Assembly (NCBI GenBank): GCA_965223155.1
Contig: CBDCVR010000013.1
Coordinates: 1,152,001-1,216,000, forward strand
Source: Candidatus Multivoradales bacterium
GTDB lineage: Bacteria; Acidobacteriota; Thermoanaerobaculia; Multivoradales; JAHEKO01
Direction of reading: 5' to 3'
Length of the DNA stretch: 64,000 nt
The stretch's first letter is position 1; each line of letters begins with the position of its first letter. A model generated the notes under the pieces. It ran no database searches. It had not been told where the DNA came from and saw only the letters and a program-made list of their open reading frames with translations. Shown in pieces: positions 59,872-64,000 of the stretch. Made by a program: the position numbers and the translations under genes.

Positions 59872-60997
59872 GCGCCACCCGTTCGAGCTCGCGATCCAAG
59901 GCCGCGGCGCGCTTCCTCCAGGCGAAGCGCGCCGTGCGTCTGCGGGCCTCGTCGGTGTGAGCGAGCTCCAACCGGGTCTCGGACTCGGGCGACTTCGCTC
60001 GGCCGAGCTCGACCAGGCGCTCGGCGAGGGCGGCCGCCCCTCCTCGGTAGAAGAACTTGTCAACCGGCGACGAATCGCCGGCCTCCGCGCCGAGAAGCTC
60101 CGGATAGGACAGGCGGCGCGGCAGCAGCGGCCAGGCGCCGGCCGCGATCGCCTCCAGGACCGACAGGCCGAAGAACTCGTGCCGGGCCGTGGACACGAAG
60201 ACATCGGTCTCGGCCAGCACTCGCTCGTAGTCGGCCCGGGGCTGGTAGCCCCAGGCGTCGATCCGGGAGTCCAGCTCGTCCCGCGCCGCCGCGAAGACGG
60301 GAGGCACCCGGGTGAAGCTCTCGCCAAGTACGTTCAAGCGCAGGTCGGTTCCGGCGGCGAGCGCCCGCCGCACGGCCTCGAACAACGTCTCGGGGTCCTT
60401 GTCGAACTCCCAGCGGGCGGCCCAAGTGACCGTCAAAGGACCTGCTTGCGCCGAGGAAGTAGCACGCTCCCGCCCGAGCGGCCACGCCACCCCGGGGGAA
60501 TGGACCTCGGCCTTGGCCCGAACCTCCTCGACCGCCGCCAGCGGCCGGTGATCGGGCATCAGCTCCAGAAATCCCGGCAACGCCTCCAGGAAGGCGTCGC
60601 GGTGAAACGCCGAGTTGAACCAGACCGCGTCGGCCGCCAGGGCGGTGGTCAGGTTGGTGAGCCCGAATTGGTAGTCCCGCGCCGTGGCGTGCCGAACCGG
60701 GTAGGTGATCTGGTTCTCGTGGAAGTAGGCCACCCGCGGAAGCTCTCGCACCGGCGGCGGCGCCAGGCCCACGAACTCGGCCAGATTCAGCATGTCCGAG
60801 CACCAGACCACGTCCCAGGCGCCGGCGCTTTCGGCCAGCCGGCCAGCGAACTCGATCGCCCCGTGCCGCATGCGCCACTTCCACTTGAACGGCTCGAGGG
60901 TGAACAGCGTCCACCGGTGCCGGCTGCGGTCGATCCAACCGTCCAGAAAGGCCTGATGGCTGCCGCCATAGTACGGCTCGAGGGCGAGAACTCGCAT
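59843..60997 (-). CDS. GT4 glycosyltransferase with DUF3524 N-domain (GTDC1/QTMAN-like)
   Basis: LEPYYGGSH, KWKWRMR, YFHENQITYP, FNSAFH, RWEFDKDP, STARHEFFGLSVLEA, LSYPE. Confidence 0.85.
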   Translation of the reverse strand: MRVLALEPYYGGSHQAFLDGWIDRSRHRWTLFTLEPFKWKWRMRHGAIEFAGRLAESAGAWDVVWCSDMLNLAEFVGLAPPPVRELPRVAYFHENQITYPVRHATARDYQFGLTNLTTALAADAVWFNSAFHRDAFLEALPGFLELMPDHRPLAAVEEVRAKAEVHSPGVAWPLGRERATSSAQAGPLTVTWAARWEFDKDPETLFEAVRRALAAGTDLRLNVLGESFTRVPPVFAAARDELDSRIDAWGYQPRADYERVLAETDVFVSTARHEFFGLSVLEAIAAGAWPLLPRRLSYPELLGAEAGDSSPVDKFFYRGGAAALAERLVELGRAKSPESETRLELAHTDEARRRTARFAWRKRAAALDRELERVALRRTGAGSE

Positions 60998-61063
60998 CGG
61001 GTTCCGGAGCCTATCGCTTGCGCCCGAGGGCTCGCTTCCTTAGCCTAGGACCGAGCGCACGCC

Positions 61064-62488
61064 GTGGATGTCCCGACCGCAAACTATGCCTTGCCCTTGC
61101 TGCTCGCGGGAGCGGCGCTCGCCGGCGTTGCCGTCGGCTGGTGGCTGGGGCGGCGCTCCGGAGCCTCGGTCGAGAGCACCCGCAGGCTGGCCGCGGCCGA
61201 AGTGGTCGCCGAGCGCGAGGCCGAGCGCCGGCGCGAGCTGGAGGCCGAGGTCGAGGAGCAGGAATCCGCCTTGCGTGACCTGGACCGGCGTCTGGCGGTG
61301 GCTCAAGAGCGAAGCGCCTCTCTGGAAGAGGCTCGGCGCGACATCGAGACCACGTTCGAGGCCCTGGCGCACCGGGCGCTCAAGGGCAACGCCGAACAGT
61401 TCCTGGCCCTGGCGCACGAGTCCCTGCGCGTCCATCAGAGCGAGTCCGACCGGACGGCGGACGCTCGCGAACGGGCCATTGCCGAGCTGGTCCGCCCACT
61501 CGGCGAGCAGCTCGCCAAGCTGGACCACCGCACCGCCGATCTGGAGCGCGCCCGCACCGAGGCCTACTCGCGCCTGGGAGAGCAGGTCCGGCACCTGGCC
61601 CGGTTGACCGAGGGTCTGCGCGGCGATACCACCTCGCTGGCTTCGGCACTCAAGGGCTCCGAGACGCGCGGGCGCTGGGGCGAGATCGCCCTGCGCAACG
61701 TGGTCGAGCTGGCGGGCATGACCCGGCACTGCGATTACGTCGAGCAGACCACCACCGACGACGGCGGCCGGCCCGACATGATCGTCCATCTTCCCGGCGG
61801 ACGCCACATCGCGGTCGACGCCAAGACTCCGCTCAGCGCCTATCTCGAGGCCCAAGACGCCCCCGACTCGCGCGCGCGGCGCAAAGCCTACCGGCGGCAC
61901 GCGCGCTCGGTGCGCGACCACGTCAAGAAGCTGAGCGCCCGGGAGTACGCCAAAGCCATCCCGGGCGACGTGGATCTCGTCGTTCTCTTTCTGCCCGGCG
62001 ATCCCTTTCTGAGCGCCGCCTTCGAGCACGACCCGGACTTGCAGGTGGACGCGCTACGGCGCAAGGTGCTGGTGGCTACGCCCACCACGCTGGTCGCCCT
62101 CCTGCGCACGGTTGCCATCTACTGGCAGCAGAGCGCCATGGTCGAGAACGCCGAGGCTATCGCCTCGACAGCGCGCGAGCTCTACGAGCGAACGGCGAAA
62201 TTCGGCGAGGACCTGGCCCAGATGGGCAAGGGGCTGGCCGGCGCCCTCGACGCCTACAATCGAGCGGTGGGCTCCTTCGACCGGCGTCTGACGCCGATGG
62301 GTCGGAAGCTCGAGGACTCGGGGCTGGCCGGAGACCAGACCCGCCGTCGCCTGAGCGCTCCGGCGGCGATCGAGGATCCGGTCCGGCAATCGACCCACGG
62401 CCAGCCCGAAGCGACCGCCGAGGCCGGCGACGCGGACGAGATCGAGGACAGCGGTCCGCGGCGCTTGCCGTTCGACATCGGCTCTTAG
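61064..62488 (+). CDS. rmuC: DNA recombination protein RmuC
   Basis: N-terminal TM and coiled coil, RGRWGEIAL, RPDMIVHLPG, VDAKTPL, LFLPG, ATPTTL.ALL. Confidence 0.93.
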   Translation: MDVPTANYALPLLLAGAALAGVAVGWWLGRRSGASVESTRRLAAAEVVAEREAERRRELEAEVEEQESALRDLDRRLAVAQERSASLEEARRDIETTFEALAHRALKGNAEQFLALAHESLRVHQSESDRTADARERAIAELVRPLGEQLAKLDHRTADLERARTEAYSRLGEQVRHLARLTEGLRGDTTSLASALKGSETRGRWGEIALRNVVELAGMTRHCDYVEQTTTDDGGRPDMIVHLPGGRHIAVDAKTPLSAYLEAQDAPDSRARRKAYRRHARSVRDHVKKLSAREYAKAIPGDVDLVVLFLPGDPFLSAAFEHDPDLQVDALRRKVLVATPTTLVALLRTVAIYWQQSAMVENAEAIASTARELYERTAKFGEDLAQMGKGLAGALDAYNRAVGSFDRRLTPMGRKLEDSGLAGDQTRRRLSAPAAIEDPVRQSTHGQPEATAEAGDADEIEDSGPRRLPFDIGS

Positions 62489-62563
62489 ACGAGCCCCGCG
62501 CGCGGCCTGGCCGCGAGCCGCTCCCGGCCAGCACCGGCGAAAAACGACGGCCAGCCCGGACGG

Positions 62564-63283
62564 CTAATCCGGCTCGGTGACCATCGGCACGAAGCGCACC
62601 GCGGCGACCCGGCGCTTACGCACGCCGTCCTCGGTCTTCTGGATCACCATGAGGTCCTGGAAGTACTGTCCCACCGGCACGACGAGTCGGCCTCCCACCT
62701 TGAGCTGCTCGACCAGCTTCTCGGGAATGCGCGGCGGCGCCGCGGTGACCACGATGGCGTCGAAGGGCGCCTCCTCGGGCCAGCCGTCGTAGCCGTTGCC
62801 GGTGCGTACCTCGACGTTCTTGTAGCGCAGCGAGTCCAAGGTCTTCTTGGCTCTCTTGGCCAGCTCGGACCGGATCTCGATGGTGTAGACCTCGCCGGCC
62901 ACCTTGGACAGAATCGCCGCTTGATAGCCCGAGCCGGTACCGATCTCGAGCACCTTCTCATCACCCTCGAGCCGCAACAGCGACGTCATCAAGGCCACGA
63001 CGTAGGGCTGCGAGATGGTCTGGCCGGAGCCGATCTGCTGCGGATAGTCCCGGTACGCCATGTCGCGCAGACTCTCGGGCACGAAGAGATGCCTGGGCAC
63101 GCTGGCCATGGCGTCGAGCACGCTGCGCTCGTCGACGCCCCGCGCCCGAATCTGCTCGTCCACCATGCGCTGGCGTTCCATCACGAACGAATCGAACCCT
63201 TCCGAGCCGGACTGGGCGAGCGCCGCTGCGGCCGCCAGGCCAGCGATCATCGCCCAAGCCGGAATCCACCGAAGAGACCTCAT
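62564..63283 (-). CDS. pcm: Protein-L-isoaspartate O-methyltransferase with N-terminal signal-like peptide
   Basis: ATGA overlap with the upstream gene. VPRHLF, GQTISQPY, VLEIGTGSGYQ, APFDAI.VTAA, VRFVPM. Confidence 0.95.
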   Translation of the reverse strand: MRSLRWIPAWAMIAGLAAAAALAQSGSEGFDSFVMERQRMVDEQIRARGVDERSVLDAMASVPRHLFVPESLRDMAYRDYPQQIGSGQTISQPYVVALMTSLLRLEGDEKVLEIGTGSGYQAAILSKVAGEVYTIEIRSELAKRAKKTLDSLRYKNVEVRTGNGYDGWPEEAPFDAIVVTAAPPRIPEKLVEQLKVGGRLVVPVGQYFQDLMVIQKTEDGVRKRRVAAVRFVPMVTEPD

Positions 63284-64000
63284 TCCGTGCCTCCGCGCTC
63301 GAAGGCTACCGCGCCTCCGACCAGGGTCAGATCGACCCGGGTCTCCAGGAGCTCGGACACCGGCACGGTCATCGGATCCCGGTCGAAGACCACGAGATCG
63401 GCGCGCTTGCCGACTTCGAGGCTGCCCAGCTCGTCGTCCAGGAAGAGCGAATAGGCCGCGTCCAGCGTGAAGCCGCGCAGGGCTTCGGCCCGATCGAGGC
63501 GCTCGTCCGGGTACCAGCCGCCCTCGGGCTGGCCGGCCGCATCCTGACGGGTGAGCGCGGCGTAGAAGCCGAGCAGCGGATCGGCCTTTTCCACCGGAAA
63601 GTCGCTGCCCAGGGCAAGCCGGCCGCCGGCTTCCAGGACCTGGCGCCAAGCGTACGCCCCGCGGATGCGTTCCGGTCCCACTCGGGCCTCGGCCCAGGGC
63701 ATGTCCGAGGTGGCATGCGTCGGCTGCATCGAGGCGATCACCCCAAGACCGGTCATGCGCGCGATATCCGCCCGGCGTAGCACCTGAGCGTGCTCCACCC
63801 GGAACCTGACCTCGGGCCGCGGCTCGCCGAAGCAAGCCTCGAAGCCATCCAGCGCCATCAGGCCTCCCCGATCGCCGATGGCGTGAATGCCAATCTGGAA
63901 CCCGGTGTCGAGCGCCCGCCGGCAGACCTCGGTGACGTGGCCGGTGCCGGTCTGGAGCAGCCCCAGGTTGCCCGGATCGTCGCTGTACGGCTCGATCAGG
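63280..64000 (-). CDS. YtcJ-like amidohydrolase (family 3), C-terminal part (5' end outside window)
   Basis: GIHAIGDR, RVEHAQV, SMQPTHATSD, GSDFPVE, GSLEVGKRADLVV. Confidence 0.9.
   Translation of the reverse strand, partial: LIEPYSDDPGNLGLLQTGTGHVTEVCRRALDTGFQIGIHAIGDRGGLMALDGFEACFGEPRPEVRFRVEHAQVLRRADIARMTGLGVIASMQPTHATSDMPWAEARVGPERIRGAYAWRQVLEAGGRLALGSDFPVEKADPLLGFYAALTRQDAAGQPEGGWYPDERLDRAEALRGFTLDAAYSLFLDDELGSLEVGKRADLVVFDRDPMTVPVSELLETRVDLTLVGGAVAFERGGTE

Overview
GC-rich bacterial chromosomal segment, mostly housekeeping. The futalosine pathway, TonB receptors, CRTAC1/FG-GAP, sulfatase-fold lipoproteins and a PQQ beta-propeller suggest Acidobacteriota or a similar diderm, but this is inference only. 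Core loci: lat-pcd lysine catabolism; mqnA/mqnC; tRNA-Leu-tig-clpP-clpX-lon-engB-rho; a CoA-ester (probably aromatic) catabolic cluster; rplU-rpmA-obgE-nadD-rsfS; peptide ABC genes with queA; gcvT-gcvH; a beta-CASP RNase; rmuC; pcm. There are three tRNAs (Leu-TAG, Lys-CTT, Ala-CGC) and two small decayed insertions (an IS3 remnant at tRNA-Lys and an IS1 remnant upstream of rplU). No CRISPR array, rRNA, prophage or intact transposon is visible. Best leads: (1) a 67-aa stand-alone protein with an exact FhuF-type CC-x10-CxxC [2Fe-2S] motif directly behind a FecA-like receptor; (2) a CxxC...RGPP arrest-type leader ORF ahead of a His-rich ZnuD-like receptor; (3) an intergenic DnaA-box/IHF-like cluster at about 51.0-51.3 kb with no dnaA nearby; (4) a sigma54 activator with degenerate ATPase motifs coupled to rsfS; (5) a Crp/Fnr regulator with Cys clusters at both ends and a palindromic candidate operator; (6) a GTDC1/QTMAN-like glycosyltransferase; (7) an overlapping small-ORF/nucleotidyltransferase module inside the mqn operon; (8) an uncalled 53-aa CxxC/CxxC protein. 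All family assignments come from motif recognition, not database searches, and several starts were refined by eye.
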